DNA of 64,000 nucleotides, from the IMG/VR virus record IMGVR_UViG_3300010429_001449; one strand, written 5' to 3'. The stretch is from a virus. Its lineage: Duplodnaviria > Caudoviricetes. Below are positions 9,682-20,020 of this stretch, piece by piece (within the stretch, counting starts at the first letter, position 1; each line of letters opens with the position of its first letter). A program made the position numbers and the translations under genes. A model generated the notes under the pieces. It made no database searches, was not told the DNA's origin, and was given only the letters and a program-made list of their open reading frames with translations.

Positions 9682-10503
9682 TCAAGAGATTTTTTGTGAG
9701 ATTTGTAAGTCCTGTGCAGCGGCGTCTGTGTCCGTGGGCATTTCCGCAATAAGCGGCGCGAACTTGTCCAGATTGTCTAGGACGTATTTCGGGTAGGTTT
9801 CGTCCACCGGCACTACCTTGTATCCGTGGGTGTCCTTATCGTAGATGTCTGTGCCTCTCCTGATTGCGTTTTCGATATGCTCCTGCGCCGTCCATTCCGG
9901 CTTGTTGCAGCTAGTCTGAGATAACATACGGATTTTGTCTGCGATCTGCGAAGCCGTGCCAAGATAGCTCCAGTGCCAGCCACAATAGCTCAGTCTCTCG
10001 CCTGCCGACTCGCGGAGCAACGTCCAGCGCGATTTGTCCGCCGTCTCGATTGTGTTGCGGCGCACGCCGACTGTACCCCCTGATCTATCGCTCGGTTTGT
10101 AGCGTTGAATGTTAAGACGGTAGCAATAAAGTTTGTGAACGCAGAAAAACGGAGGCTCCACGCCAGCTATGTCGGTTGAGCGCGGGATTTCGTCAATATC
10201 CGAGATAAGCACCAGCGCGTCAGGCTCCATCTTGACATTCCTCACACAGGCATTGCGCTGATGCCGCTGACGCCCCCACGCGCTGTTATTTGGCATTGTG
10301 ATCTTGAGATATTCGATCCTGTCGGCGAACTCCGCAAAGCGATCCATTACAGGCTCCAGAACCCACGGTTTAGGCTCCCCCGGAAACGTTTTGTCGGCCT
10401 CGACGACTACGAAGCGGTCGACTAGATCGCTGAGTTCGTGAAGGCGAATATCGAGCAGGACTAGCTCGCGCTCGTGGCCAAGCATTACACAGTCGTATAT
10501 CAT
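9682..10503 (-). CDS. Glycosyltransferase family 17-like (MGAT3-like GlcNAc transferase)
   Basis: IYDC, LDIRLHEL, VDRFVVVE..KTF.G.PKP, QRN, ISDIDEIP, GWHWSY. Confidence 0.85.
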   Translation of the reverse strand: MIYDCVMLGHERELVLLDIRLHELSDLVDRFVVVEADKTFPGEPKPWVLEPVMDRFAEFADRIEYLKITMPNNSAWGRQRHQRNACVRNVKMEPDALVLISDIDEIPRSTDIAGVEPPFFCVHKLYCYRLNIQRYKPSDRSGGTVGVRRNTIETADKSRWTLLRESAGERLSYCGWHWSYLGTASQIADKIRMLSQTSCNKPEWTAQEHIENAIRRGTDIYDKDTHGYKVVPVDETYPKYVLDNLDKFAPLIAEMPTDTDAAAQDLQISQKIS

Positions 10504-10543
10504 CTTGGTTATGTCTCCTTGACGACGGCGTCAACGTTTGGGC

Positions 10544-10572
10544 ATTCTAGCGGACAGCCGGAGTTCAATCAA
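10544..10572 (-). promoter_or_regulatory. Promoter for the GT17 gene
   Basis: TTGATT-N17-TAGAAT. Confidence 0.55.
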
Positions 10573-10575
10573 ACA

Positions 10576-10603
10576 AAAAGGGCCGCTCGAAAGCGGCCCT
10601 TTT
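10576..10603 (-). terminator. Terminator after the major capsid gene (possibly bidirectional)
   Basis: AAAAGGGCCGCT-TTCG-AGCGGCCCTTTT; T-rich tails on both strands. Confidence 0.9.
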
Positions 10604-10626
10604 GCTTTTTGCTGGCGTTCTGTGGC

Positions 10627-11997
10627 TTACAGAACCAGATCACGCCGACGGATGTTGATGACCTTCACAACAGCGTCAACGTTTTCAACCTTCGCATCCA
10701 CCTGGTTGTACACGATGGTTTCGATTTGGTCTGTGTTCTTGTTGAACTCGGTGAAGATTCTGGTTCCGTCCAGAATGCCCCACACGAAGTTGCGCGGGTT
10801 CACGAGCCACATGAACGAGCCTTCGGGTACTACGTTCGGGCCAGCGGCAGCACCGGTGATGGTGACTGCGGCGGCGGGCCAGAACGGTCCGACCGGGACG
10901 CCCGGAATCAAGCCGAGGGTCGTGTATGCCTGTGAGGCTACGGCGACCGGCTGAATGGCGATGCTGGACGCGCCGCCTACCACCGGGGATTCCAGACGGA
11001 CACGACCCATACGGTCGTCGCGGGCTACGTTACTGTAGTCGCGGCCCGTGGCGATGTACGCGCCGTTCGTCGAGATGGCCTGGTTGATTGCGTAGGCGAC
11101 TCTCGTAGCCTCGATTTCGCCGTGCGGCAGCGTGATGGTCACGTTACCAACGGCGTCAAGGTTCAGGATGAGGGTGTCGTTTGCCGACGTGATCGTGAAC
11201 GGGCGGAACTCCACGCCGACCAACTCAGCCGGAACGGCTGTCTGGACGGTGATAGGTTCTTCGTCCTCAATCAGCGGCACACGCACCATCGGACGACCCA
11301 ACGGAGCCATTTCCGCGCCTTGGAGGGCGGCGTCGCCGAGAATCGTGCCACGGTCGGCTACGACGTCGATCCAGTCAACTGCGATGGCGTCGGAGACGAG
11401 CCACTTGAGTTGCGGATCGTGCTTGTACTGCTTCGGCATCCTGCGCAGAGCGAGCGCGAACAGACCCTTCTGGATGGACGAGCCTTGCGCGTCGACCAGA
11501 TGCGCACCGTCGTTGGTCTGCACGTTCCAGCCGTCCAACCGGCGGAGCAGCCTGCCGCGAGGCTCGGTGCCTGCGTAGGTCGTGTCGCCGTTGATGGCCA
11601 GGTCTTCGAGGTCGGTTGCGATACGCTCGATCATCGCATTCATGACCGTGACCTCGAAATCGTTCTGCTCGATGTTGCCCTGCAGAACTTCAGTCGTGAT
11701 GTTCCACGCGCTACGCAGCTTCTGCGCAGTCAACTGGAAGCGTTGGAACTTGGCGCGGGCCAGATTGCCGGTGTCGGTGGCTTCGTCAACCGATTCCGTA
11801 ATCGGCTCGCCAACCCACATCTTGTCAACGTCCATCAACGGACGCGGCATTCTGATGAAGCGAACCATCGGAAGCAGCACGGAAAACCGCTTCACGAGTA
11901 CGATGAACTGTTGCTGCTGAGCGGGGTTCAGCAGACCACCCGTGATCATGTCACCAGTCTGGATGGATTTTTCAATCGTTTCCTGATTTCCCATCAT
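10627..11997 (-). CDS. Major capsid protein (HK97 fold) with an inserted domain
   Basis: GGLLNPAQQQQF, NIE, IATDLEDLAINGD, DGW, MPKQY; follows the protease/scaffold and is followed by a strong terminator. Confidence 0.9.
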   Translation of the reverse strand: MMGNQETIEKSIQTGDMITGGLLNPAQQQQFIVLVKRFSVLLPMVRFIRMPRPLMDVDKMWVGEPITESVDEATDTGNLARAKFQRFQLTAQKLRSAWNITTEVLQGNIEQNDFEVTVMNAMIERIATDLEDLAINGDTTYAGTEPRGRLLRRLDGWNVQTNDGAHLVDAQGSSIQKGLFALALRRMPKQYKHDPQLKWLVSDAIAVDWIDVVADRGTILGDAALQGAEMAPLGRPMVRVPLIEDEEPITVQTAVPAELVGVEFRPFTITSANDTLILNLDAVGNVTITLPHGEIEATRVAYAINQAISTNGAYIATGRDYSNVARDDRMGRVRLESPVVGGASSIAIQPVAVASQAYTTLGLIPGVPVGPFWPAAAVTITGAAAGPNVVPEGSFMWLVNPRNFVWGILDGTRIFTEFNKNTDQIETIVYNQVDAKVENVDAVVKVINIRRRDLVL

Positions 11998-12052
11998 TGT
12001 TTCTTACTCCACACGCAAAAATGCGTCAGTCACAAAGGCCACCGAGAGATTT

Positions 12053-14506
12053 CTACTTTCTCGGAGCGGGATACTGTGCCAAGGCGCTCTGAGCGGACTT
12101 GCGGATGATGCCGCCCCAGAAACCGCCACCTGTCTGCTGCGTCTTCTCTACAATCTCGTCGCCCTCGTTGAGAGTAGCATCCGGGCCGCTTTGAGACGGC
12201 TGGCTGGTCTTCTCAACGCTGTTGAGACGCTTCTGAACGTCATCGAGCTTGGCCGCGAGGTCCGTAAATTCCTGATGGAACGGCTTCATGGCCCTTTCGA
12301 TGGTCTTCGACAGCATCTCGGTCTGCGCCGCAACAGTCTGCTGGGCGGCGGCTTCGAGGCTCTTTCCGAACGCTGCGTTCTTCTGGTCAGACTGAAGCTC
12401 TTTGGCCTGCCGCAGGGCAAGCTCAATGATCTTCATGTAGTCCTTGCCAGTGTCCGGAGCTTTCGTGGTCTTCTCTTGACCTTCTGCGTACGTGGGCAGT
12501 TTCCGCGTGTCCGAGACAGACGATCCGGCAATGTCAGCGTCCGATCCCTTTCCGGGGAACTCGGTCGGTAGACCTTTTCCGGCACTCAGATCGCGTGGAG
12601 CGGCAACTTCGTTGTCCTTCCACTGCTCCGCTTGCAGACCGCGAGAAGACGCTTCTTTCTCCAGCGCTTTCCTAACAGCGTCCAGAGCCGCGTTGATTTC
12701 GGGTCTCGATGTAATGTCTTCGCCAGTCTGTCCGACGGACTCTTGGAGCTTCTTCTCCAAGCTGGCGATATCTCCGAGCAACGACGCCGTCTTCAATTCC
12801 GGCTCAGGGATAGGCGGAAGAGGCGGCTTCTTTCCGGCAGGAGCCGGTTTCTTGCCAGCCATCGGCGTTTCGGGTTTCTTTGCGTCAGTAGGCATCATGG
12901 GTTTCTTTCCTGCGGGAGGCGGGGGTCCGGGTTTCTTTCCTGCGAGAGGCGGGGGTCCGGGTTTCTTATTGCCAAACGGCGGACCCGGCTTCTTGGCTCC
13001 GGGGGTAGAACCGCTGTCGGGTACGCCAAGAGGAGGCGTCTCGTCCTCGGCTGGACCCGCTTTGCACGCTTTGCCTTCTTCTTCCAACAGATCGGTGCCT
13101 TCGCCAACATCATCGCCCATAGGCAGCGGCGGGGGCGGAGGCGGAGGAGGCGGCGGGAGCGGCGGAAGCTTCTCGCCGCTGTCTTCGCTCTCGCTGTCGC
13201 TGTCCGAACTGCTGGAAGAACTGTCGGAACTGCTTGAGGAACTGTCCGAACTGCTCGAATCGCTCGAACTGCTCGAAGAACTGGATGAATCGCTGCTATC
13301 GTCGTCTTCGCTCTTTTCGGAAGGGATAGCAGGCGTCATGGGGACGTTCAGCAGTTCTTCCTCCGGCAAACCGCCTTCGGCCCCAGCATCGGAGGCCAGT
13401 GGCATCTCAATCTGTTTCTTCATGTCATCCTCTTCGTCAAGAGTGTCGGGGTAGGCCGCCGTCAACTGATCGTCGATGGCTTTGATAAGCTCAGGAATAT
13501 CTTCCAGAGCTTTTTCACGTTTTTCCTTGCGGGACTTAAGGCCGGGGAACTTGGCATTGACCGCGCTGCGAACCTTGTTCCTCAAGGCTTCGAGGCTGCC
13601 GGTGTACCACGGCGGAACGGCGCTGTACTGCATTACGCGAGCAAGCGCGTTTCTTGCGTGGGCCAAGTCCGGAATTGGGAAATGATCCTTGTTATCCTTG
13701 ACGTTCTTGTCGTTAGCGTCAAAGATCGGCTTTGGCCGCGTGCGCCCTTTGGTACGCTCGCCGCCGCGCTTTTCCGGCTTTTCCTTCTTGACTTCTTCCG
13801 ATCCTGTGGCAGGAGTCGTTTGCGGCACGAAGCCCATAGAACGAGCAATCTTGCCCAGATTAGACAAGAAAGAAGCTCCGGTCTGAGCGTCCTTCGCCAG
13901 AATCTCGGCCTCTTCCTTCGTCGGCTCTGTCACAGGAATCATGCCTTTCTCAACGGCGAAATCGAGCGACTTCATCATTGCGCCGACGAAGCCCGTGCCC
14001 GGATTGGCCGCTTTTCCTGGCCTGGTAGTGCAGATGTGATCCAAGTTCACGTCGTCAATCTCGCGGATCAAGCCTTTTTCCGTGCGCATAACGCGGAAAG
14101 GATGAACGTCAAAGTTCAATTCTCCGCCGACGGAAAGCTGCTTCTGGCACTTACCGCCCTGCACCTCTTGGAAAAGCCGACGAGCCTGCGGATATTCACC
14201 GTCGAGTTCGATATCAACCTCTAGGCCATATCCGTTATTCGTCTTTACGACGTTGCCCTTCTTGGTTACTCCTATGCCGAATACGCTTCCGTGCGTCTCG
14301 TACAAAGGAAGCCCTCGCTCGACCTGTTTGGCCATTGAAGTGAGGGCGCGATCCGTCATTCTGTCGCGTTGAAGATCAACGCTATCGTCGGAGGCTATGG
14401 CACTGACGTGCATCTTCCCTTTTTCGTCGACATAGCCTTTGTTGATGGTTATGTCAAAATCAAAGGGAGCGGCCTTCCGAATCGGGTCAGCGGCTACACC
14501 TGTCAT
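12053..14506 (-). CDS. Prohead protease fused to a scaffold-like low-complexity region
   Basis: ASDDSVDLQRDRM, H, QLSVGG, AANP HK97-type protease motifs; Ser/Pro-rich middle; coiled-coil C-terminus; between portal and capsid. Confidence 0.85.
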   Translation of the reverse strand: MTGVAADPIRKAAPFDFDITINKGYVDEKGKMHVSAIASDDSVDLQRDRMTDRALTSMAKQVERGLPLYETHGSVFGIGVTKKGNVVKTNNGYGLEVDIELDGEYPQARRLFQEVQGGKCQKQLSVGGELNFDVHPFRVMRTEKGLIREIDDVNLDHICTTRPGKAANPGTGFVGAMMKSLDFAVEKGMIPVTEPTKEEAEILAKDAQTGASFLSNLGKIARSMGFVPQTTPATGSEEVKKEKPEKRGGERTKGRTRPKPIFDANDKNVKDNKDHFPIPDLAHARNALARVMQYSAVPPWYTGSLEALRNKVRSAVNAKFPGLKSRKEKREKALEDIPELIKAIDDQLTAAYPDTLDEEDDMKKQIEMPLASDAGAEGGLPEEELLNVPMTPAIPSEKSEDDDSSDSSSSSSSSSDSSSSDSSSSSSDSSSSSSDSDSESEDSGEKLPPLPPPPPPPPPPLPMGDDVGEGTDLLEEEGKACKAGPAEDETPPLGVPDSGSTPGAKKPGPPFGNKKPGPPPLAGKKPGPPPPAGKKPMMPTDAKKPETPMAGKKPAPAGKKPPLPPIPEPELKTASLLGDIASLEKKLQESVGQTGEDITSRPEINAALDAVRKALEKEASSRGLQAEQWKDNEVAAPRDLSAGKGLPTEFPGKGSDADIAGSSVSDTRKLPTYAEGQEKTTKAPDTGKDYMKIIELALRQAKELQSDQKNAAFGKSLEAAAQQTVAAQTEMLSKTIERAMKPFHQEFTDLAAKLDDVQKRLNSVEKTSQPSQSGPDATLNEGDEIVEKTQQTGGGFWGGIIRKSAQSALAQYPAPRK
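12901..12967. repeat. 30-bp tandem repeat (~2.2 copies) encoding KKPGPPP(L/P)AG
   Basis: gtttctttcctgcgRgaggcgggggtccgg twice, plus a partial copy. Confidence 0.85.
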
Positions 14507-16410
14507 TTCTCCACTTCCTCCACATCAACGGCCTGCGGTTGAAGCTGACGAGCACTAGAATCCATACTCATCAGGAGCGCCTTCATAGCGCTTTCCGTTG
14601 TTGCCTGTATTGATGCTAGAGCAATCGAAATTAGCTTGTCAACATTTTCTTTAGAAGAATTTTCTGTCGATTTCAGCGAGATAGCCTTGTGCCCCTTTAC
14701 GTCGTCAGTAACACGCTTGGGGCCGCTTGGCAACGCTGGCGGCTTTTTACCGCTTGGCTTCTCTCTGTCATCATCCTGCTGTTGACCGCCTTGTCCACCT
14801 TGACCACCTTGACCACCTTGACCGCCTTGTTGTTGCTGTTGCATCTGCATCAACTGCATCATACCCTCTTGTCCTTGCTTCTGGATAAGAAGGGCTGCGC
14901 CCGCCTTCATTTCCGCCAAAGCAATATCACGCGGCTTGTCGGCAAACTGGAATTCCTTTGGGAAACGAGGCTTGCCGAGCGCGTCGCGGATTTCGTTGGG
15001 CGTAATCGCGCACATCTTAGAGTACATCTCATCTACTCTAGCGCGTTCCGACGGGTCCGTAATCTGTAACCGCTCAAAACGCAGGATAACAACAGCGTCA
15101 GCACCAAGAATATCCTTCACCAAGAACTGATTGAGCATGTGCTCGATTTCGAGCCGCTCAGGTTCAAATTCTTGGTCGTTGGTCAATTCGCGGCTTGCGT
15201 ACGCCGCCGACTTGTTGACGTTTTCAGACGTGAAAAAGATACGAGCGATTCCGAATGCCTGGCGGATTTCTTCGTCGTTCGCCTCGCGGTACTTGAGGAA
15301 ACTGGCGTCCTCGGCACTCCCAACCGTGATGGGCTGTAGCTCGATCTTGGCCGATTCTTCCTTCGCAAAACCTACACGGGTCACTTCGGTCTGCAGAACC
15401 AGAACGCGGTGAGAGTTCTCCAAGCCCTGCAACTTGGCCTTCAAGAACTCCTCTATCTGCTGGATAGATTTGGAATCCAGCTTGCCGCCGGAAACGAGGA
15501 CGGCCAGTCTAGGAACAGCGTCGTTCTCGAAGAATTTGACGTTCCAAATGCCCGCCATTCGACTGCCAGAGATGGCCGGAGCCGCAGAGACGTAGCGAGG
15601 AACACCGTAGAAAGACGATGCGGGAGAATAGAGCCAAATGCGCAGGATTTCCGTAGCCTGCCGCTCCAACGGCACATTCTCAGCGTATTCTCCGGTGATA
15701 GCGTCCATCGTACGCTTGTCGCCGAACGCCTTGAAGTACCGCTTTTTGTTGCCGCGAATCTGAACAAAGCCTTCTACTCTAGTTTGCCCGGTTCTATCGT
15801 CCCGAAGCCGTCTCCGCCGCATACTGACGGTGGGCGCGTGGTAGATGTTACTGATTTCCCCGGAACGATTTCGAGTAACCTCGATGTAACCGTCGCCCAT
15901 CGCCTCTTCGTCGAACTTGACCCGATACATGACGGACGTAAAGTCCATCTCTTCGTTAGGCCGTTCCAGAATGAGACGGAGTTTCTCCGTCTGCATAACG
16001 ATCTTTTCCCGCAACTCATCCGGAATGTCAGGGGGCAAGAACGGCCCGCTGCCGGAAACGGCCATCTTCCGACGAATACTCGGGTGGACGGGAGCCGGTT
16101 CGATGTACCAACCCAAGCCTACCGTATTCCTGGCGTACGTAGAAATGCAACGGCGTAACCGCGTGCTTACTTCTGGAATTTGCGCCCACACAGCGGGGTC
16201 GTACTTGGGGACGACGTACTGACCTTTGGCCTGAACTTCAAAAGGGTCTTCAAGCTGCTTGGACCCGCCCCCGTTTTCGCCGTTGTCGTGGTAAGCCAAT
16301 TCCCTCTGAGGGAATGTGGATACCGGTACCCCTAGCTGGGTTACTTTCAGAATGGCTGCCTGCTCAGGAATCTCGTCCCTGAGCTTCAACAGAGTCTGTG
16401 CTCCGCCCAT
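14503..16410 (-). CDS. Portal protein (PBSX/HK97-like)
   Basis: DEEAMGDGYIEV.RN..G, FYGVP, FFENDAVP, DASFL, ITPNEIRD.LG. Confidence 0.92.
   Translation of the reverse strand: MGGAQTLLKLRDEIPEQAAILKVTQLGVPVSTFPQRELAYHDNGENGGGSKQLEDPFEVQAKGQYVVPKYDPAVWAQIPEVSTRLRRCISTYARNTVGLGWYIEPAPVHPSIRRKMAVSGSGPFLPPDIPDELREKIVMQTEKLRLILERPNEEMDFTSVMYRVKFDEEAMGDGYIEVTRNRSGEISNIYHAPTVSMRRRRLRDDRTGQTRVEGFVQIRGNKKRYFKAFGDKRTMDAITGEYAENVPLERQATEILRIWLYSPASSFYGVPRYVSAAPAISGSRMAGIWNVKFFENDAVPRLAVLVSGGKLDSKSIQQIEEFLKAKLQGLENSHRVLVLQTEVTRVGFAKEESAKIELQPITVGSAEDASFLKYREANDEEIRQAFGIARIFFTSENVNKSAAYASRELTNDQEFEPERLEIEHMLNQFLVKDILGADAVVILRFERLQITDPSERARVDEMYSKMCAITPNEIRDALGKPRFPKEFQFADKPRDIALAEMKAGAALLIQKQGQEGMMQLMQMQQQQQGGQGGQGGQGGQGGQQQDDDREKPSGKKPPALPSGPKRVTDDVKGHKAISLKSTENSSKENVDKLISIALASIQATTESAMKALLMSMDSSARQLQPQAVDVEEVEK
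14782..14829. repeat. 9-bp tandem repeat encoding (GGQ)n in the portal tail
   Basis: About five ttgaccRcc-type units. Confidence 0.8.
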
Positions 16411-16413
16411 CGG

Positions 16414-16740
16414 CTACGTTTCCTCGGTAAATGTCATAATGACATGGTGGGGATCGTTGACGATCCCAGTCGTCTTGAAGCGGATTTTTGATCCGGCTTC
16501 GAGGTAAATTGGCTGCGGATTGGCTGCGTTGGGAAAGGCGTAGTATTGTGTCGCGCCAGTCGTTTCAATGACGATCTCTACTCCACGGACAAGAACAGAC
16601 AGCGTGATAACCGGCGTGTCGTTCGTGTCCGCCTGGTATAGAACGTTCCTGAGCGCAAAAGACCCCGACTTGGGAGCAAACACCACGTCAATCTCGGCAG
16701 GGCCTGTTGCGTGATGCTCGAAATGAATGACATTACCCAT
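16414..16740 (-). CDS. Hypothetical beta-rich protein
   Basis: AGGAGG RBS; upstream of the portal. Confidence 0.6.
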   Translation of the reverse strand: MGNVIHFEHHATGPAEIDVVFAPKSGSFALRNVLYQADTNDTPVITLSVLVRGVEIVIETTGATQYYAFPNAANPQPIYLEAGSKIRFKTTGIVNDPHHVIMTFTEET

Positions 16741-16782
16741 CTGGCGACCTCCTAAACAGGCAACTGACGCTTACACTATACC

Positions 16783-17514
16783 TCACGACGCGCCCTTCGT
16801 GAAGTACTTTTCCACAAGAGTTTTGGCCACCATGAAAAGAAGGCCGCTGCCAAAGCCGACGCCAGCGGAAACCACGGCAATCTTGACGGTCAACTTGAAG
16901 AGTTCATTTCTGAGATCAGCCACGCTCTTTTGTACCTCGCCGACAATCTTCTCAATACCAACAAAGCGATCTTCGAGCCGCCTGCTTTTCTCTGCGCTAA
17001 GATCATCACAAACCTTTTTCTGCGCAGTGACGGCCCTAGCCGTTTTTTCTTCCGTCTGCTGCAACGTCTCTTTAACGGCGATTGCCACGGCAACCTCGAT
17101 TCTGTCTTCGCTGGCGCGGCGAACCTCTTCGTCCTGCTGTCTCCGACACGCGGCGACTCTAGCCTCACTGCGCTGCTCTCCTTCTTTGATAGCCGAATAA
17201 ATCCTGTCTATCTTTGTGTCAATATCCGCTCGAAATGCGTCCAGCTTTTTGTCAAAACGAGTCTCGAAGACCGTGACCTTTCCACCAATATCGTTCAGAG
17301 CCTCCCCGATTCGTTTGAAGGCGTCGCACGTCTCCTGATCCGCTCGTATAGCCTCGCGTTCGTCCTCGTCTTGTTTAACAATATGAGCTTCTAGCTCATC
17401 GCGCAGAGTAACAAGCGCAGCCTTCTGCTCATCATTCTGACGACTCACGTCGCGTTGCAGTAATTCGATGTTGTGTTGTATCAAGCCGCCCGCATCGGGT
17501 AAATCGTTTCCCAC
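16783..17514 (-). CDS. Coiled-coil protein with one C-terminal TM segment (holin-like candidate)
   Basis: Charged heptads followed by IAVVSAGVGFGSGLLFMVA. Confidence 0.5.
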   Translation of the reverse strand: MGNDLPDAGGLIQHNIELLQRDVSRQNDEQKAALVTLRDELEAHIVKQDEDEREAIRADQETCDAFKRIGEALNDIGGKVTVFETRFDKKLDAFRADIDTKIDRIYSAIKEGEQRSEARVAACRRQQDEEVRRASEDRIEVAVAIAVKETLQQTEEKTARAVTAQKKVCDDLSAEKSRRLEDRFVGIEKIVGEVQKSVADLRNELFKLTVKIAVVSAGVGFGSGLLFMVAKTLVEKYFTKGAS

Positions 17515-17544
17515 AGATGTTGCTCCAAGACTTCATGGCCGATT

Positions 17545-17946
17545 TTAAGGTTCCTCCACGATGAGCACAGAACAGCCTTTTGTTCCAGTCTCAGCAGCTT
17601 CAATGCGATGTTCTACGTTTGGAGGAATCAATACCGCGTGGGGCGCGACAACACACCGCGCCGCCTCTCCTTTCAGTATAACATTAATAGAACCTCTGAT
17701 CAGAACTATTTCTTCCGATTTTTCGGGATGAGTGTGCCACACTTCCAAGGCTACGCGCTGATCAAACCAGAATAGCGAAATGCTGTAGTCAGAGTTGGCG
17801 TGAATCAAACGACCGCTCAGCCCACGACCGAAACAAAGAGATTCGACTTTGGTGACGGACGAAGCGCGTTCCTCGAAGCGAGTACGCACTTTACCTATGC
17901 TGGACAACGCCCGAACAACGGTAGAATCGAGAGTAGCGTCGCCCAT
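17545..17946 (-). CDS. Cupin-domain protein
   Basis: WHTHPEKSE...G and IPPNVEHRI cupin motifs. Confidence 0.8.
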   Translation of the reverse strand: MGDATLDSTVVRALSSIGKVRTRFEERASSVTKVESLCFGRGLSGRLIHANSDYSISLFWFDQRVALEVWHTHPEKSEEIVLIRGSINVILKGEAARCVVAPHAVLIPPNVEHRIEAAETGTKGCSVLIVEEP

Positions 17947-17958
17947 TGTGATCCTTCC

Positions 17959-18459
17959 TCAGAACGAAAGTGTAAAAGAGTCAAGCCAGATTGCTTCGCC
18001 ACTCTCTGTCTTGATCTGAACTTCCCACGTAACCGACCCGGAATTAACCAGATTACTGATCGCCTCAGTTACTACCTCGGTAAAGTCCACGCTGTTGATC
18101 CCGGTGATCTCACAGATCGTGGTGTTGTTCGTGGTGTCCTGAATCCTGATTGACCCATTGTCGCCCGCAGCATTGGCGGTCTTCACCAAGAAACTCGCCT
18201 TGACCGGCCATCCATCTGCGAATCCGCCGTTGTAAGTCATCGTGTAGACGGTCTGGTACACATCCGATTCGATGGCGGCGCTGTGAACATCAAAAGCCTG
18301 CGATGTTCCTGCGTGTTTTCCGTACTCTAGTAGAGTAATGCTGTCTTCGTCAATCGTGTGCGCCGCGTTATTAGGGCACACGGTGGGCACGGTAGGAGAC
18401 CAAACGTAAACCATCTTGGCCTCTGTCACACACCACAGTCTGTATTTTGCCCAGCTCAT
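17959..18459 (-). CDS. Hypothetical virion accessory protein
   Basis: YRLWC...CPNNAAH N-terminus; RIQDTTNN motif shared with the next gene. Confidence 0.65.
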   Translation of the reverse strand: MSWAKYRLWCVTEAKMVYVWSPTVPTVCPNNAAHTIDEDSITLLEYGKHAGTSQAFDVHSAAIESDVYQTVYTMTYNGGFADGWPVKASFLVKTANAAGDNGSIRIQDTTNNTTICEITGINSVDFTEVVTEAISNLVNSGSVTWEVQIKTESGEAIWLDSFTLSF

Positions 18460-19037
18460 TCCATGATCACCAATTTCACTGTGTCTGCGAAGATTCTGCC
18501 TTCAGCAACACTCGTCCGCTTGACCTGAAACTCGAACACGGACATGTCAGACGGCATGTTAGACAGGTCGCCGACGGCCATCACCGGGTCTGCATTATTC
18601 AGTTTGGCAGACAAGTACACTACAGCATTGTTCGTGACATCGTAGACACGAAACTTGCCTTCTACACTCGGATCAACCCAGCTAATGAACGCGCACTTAT
18701 TGGGTACTTGCTTGAAACAGTGAGGACAGTAAATGAAGCTGCCAATCTTAGTCCACACAGCGGCACTGGAGTTTACATTAGGTATATTCCAGTTGACTAC
18801 CGTAGTAACCGGCTTGGGCGTGGAGTCTCCTGAAGGAAGTGCCGCGACTATTCCATCAAGATCGGCCTCTTGCTCCTGTGTAAGCTCCACCAAGAACATG
18901 ACAGAGAGAATCTCAGTGTCGTCAGACCAAGATGATCCTGCGTAATCCTCTATATTCAAGAGTTCGCTGTTGATTATATCCTGTCTCAACTTGTAGAAGT
19001 CAGGCTCTTGCGCTTTGGAATAATCGTATTGAGTCAT
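18456..19037 (-). CDS. Hypothetical virion accessory protein
   Basis: N-terminus similar to 21563..22210; RVYDVTNN shared with 17959..18459. Confidence 0.65.
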   Translation of the reverse strand: MTQYDYSKAQEPDFYKLRQDIINSELLNIEDYAGSSWSDDTEILSVMFLVELTQEQEADLDGIVAALPSGDSTPKPVTTVVNWNIPNVNSSAAVWTKIGSFIYCPHCFKQVPNKCAFISWVDPSVEGKFRVYDVTNNAVVYLSAKLNNADPVMAVGDLSNMPSDMSVFEFQVKRTSVAEGRIFADTVKLVIME

Positions 19038-19048
19038 TCAACCCTCCG

Positions 19049-20020
19049 TCAAAGCTGTGTTACTCTCATGGCAATTATTCTAGCCCGGCGTATGTACGCC
19101 GTGTAGGAGCCACTTAATGACTTGTACTGCAATCTCATGCTCTGCGCGGCAGAGATGCCGGGTCTCAGAGAAACTCCGCTGATTGGAACAAAGCCTTCGT
19201 TGCCGTCGCTACTCCGCGAGAAGTCGAACTCCTCTACGCCACGCGCTTCCTCAAACGATGTATTATTCTCTAAGAGTCTCCAGCCGACACCGGAAGAGGA
19301 TGAACTGTTCACTGCTATCTCGGCGGACCAGAATACGAAGTAGTCGCCAGAAGACGGGGGCGTGAAATCCAGTTGAGCCTTAGTCTGAAAACTCGTTGAC
19401 GACGTGCTTGACTCTCCTACGCTGGATGTAAAATAAAGCTGTGGCGATGTATATATCGACCCGGCACTGTCAGGCTGGAACGATACCGAAAGCAGACTTC
19501 CAGAGACTGTCCAGTCTACCCCCGCGCCGATATTCAGGGACAAATTAGGGCTAGTAGGCGAAGTCTTAGTCAGAATCCCTGTGGCTGGATTAGATGCGGC
19601 GAGGTAAAAATCAGCACCCACATCAGTGTTGGCAAAGCCTGAGACCTGCGTGTTTCTACCGGACGTGTAGACCTTCCCTGTAGAACCACTGGGTACTGAG
19701 GCAAGGACAAATCCGTGCGCGATCTTTATTCCAGCGGCATTCGACGCAGTAGCATACTGCATCTCGACCCGTGACTGTGCCACGTTGTACGTCAGATAAA
19801 CGTATCTGCCCGCCGCGATAGGCGCTCCTGTGTTGTTGTACGCTGAAATCTCAGAAGTGCCGGGAGGAACTAACGACGGCGAAAGACGCCCGTCTGCGCC
19901 CGCAGCGAGCAGACGACCTGCGTCCCCTGTGCCCGGAGTCGTAGAACCGTCCACGGCAGTCTGCACAACGCGGTCAGGAGTCGGGGTCGTTTGGATTTGT
20001 TCGTATTGGTCGCCTGCCAT
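19049..20020 (-). CDS. Decoration/head-fibre-like paralog
   Basis: GRL.A...GRLSPSLVP, AHGFVL..VY..G.N and AYIRRARI modules. Confidence 0.6.
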   Translation of the reverse strand: MAGDQYEQIQTTPTPDRVVQTAVDGSTTPGTGDAGRLLAAGADGRLSPSLVPPGTSEISAYNNTGAPIAAGRYVYLTYNVAQSRVEMQYATASNAAGIKIAHGFVLASVPSGSTGKVYTSGRNTQVSGFANTDVGADFYLAASNPATGILTKTSPTSPNLSLNIGAGVDWTVSGSLLSVSFQPDSAGSIYTSPQLYFTSSVGESSTSSTSFQTKAQLDFTPPSSGDYFVFWSAEIAVNSSSSSGVGWRLLENNTSFEEARGVEEFDFSRSSDGNEGFVPISGVSLRPGISAAQSMRLQYKSLSGSYTAYIRRARIIAMRVTQL

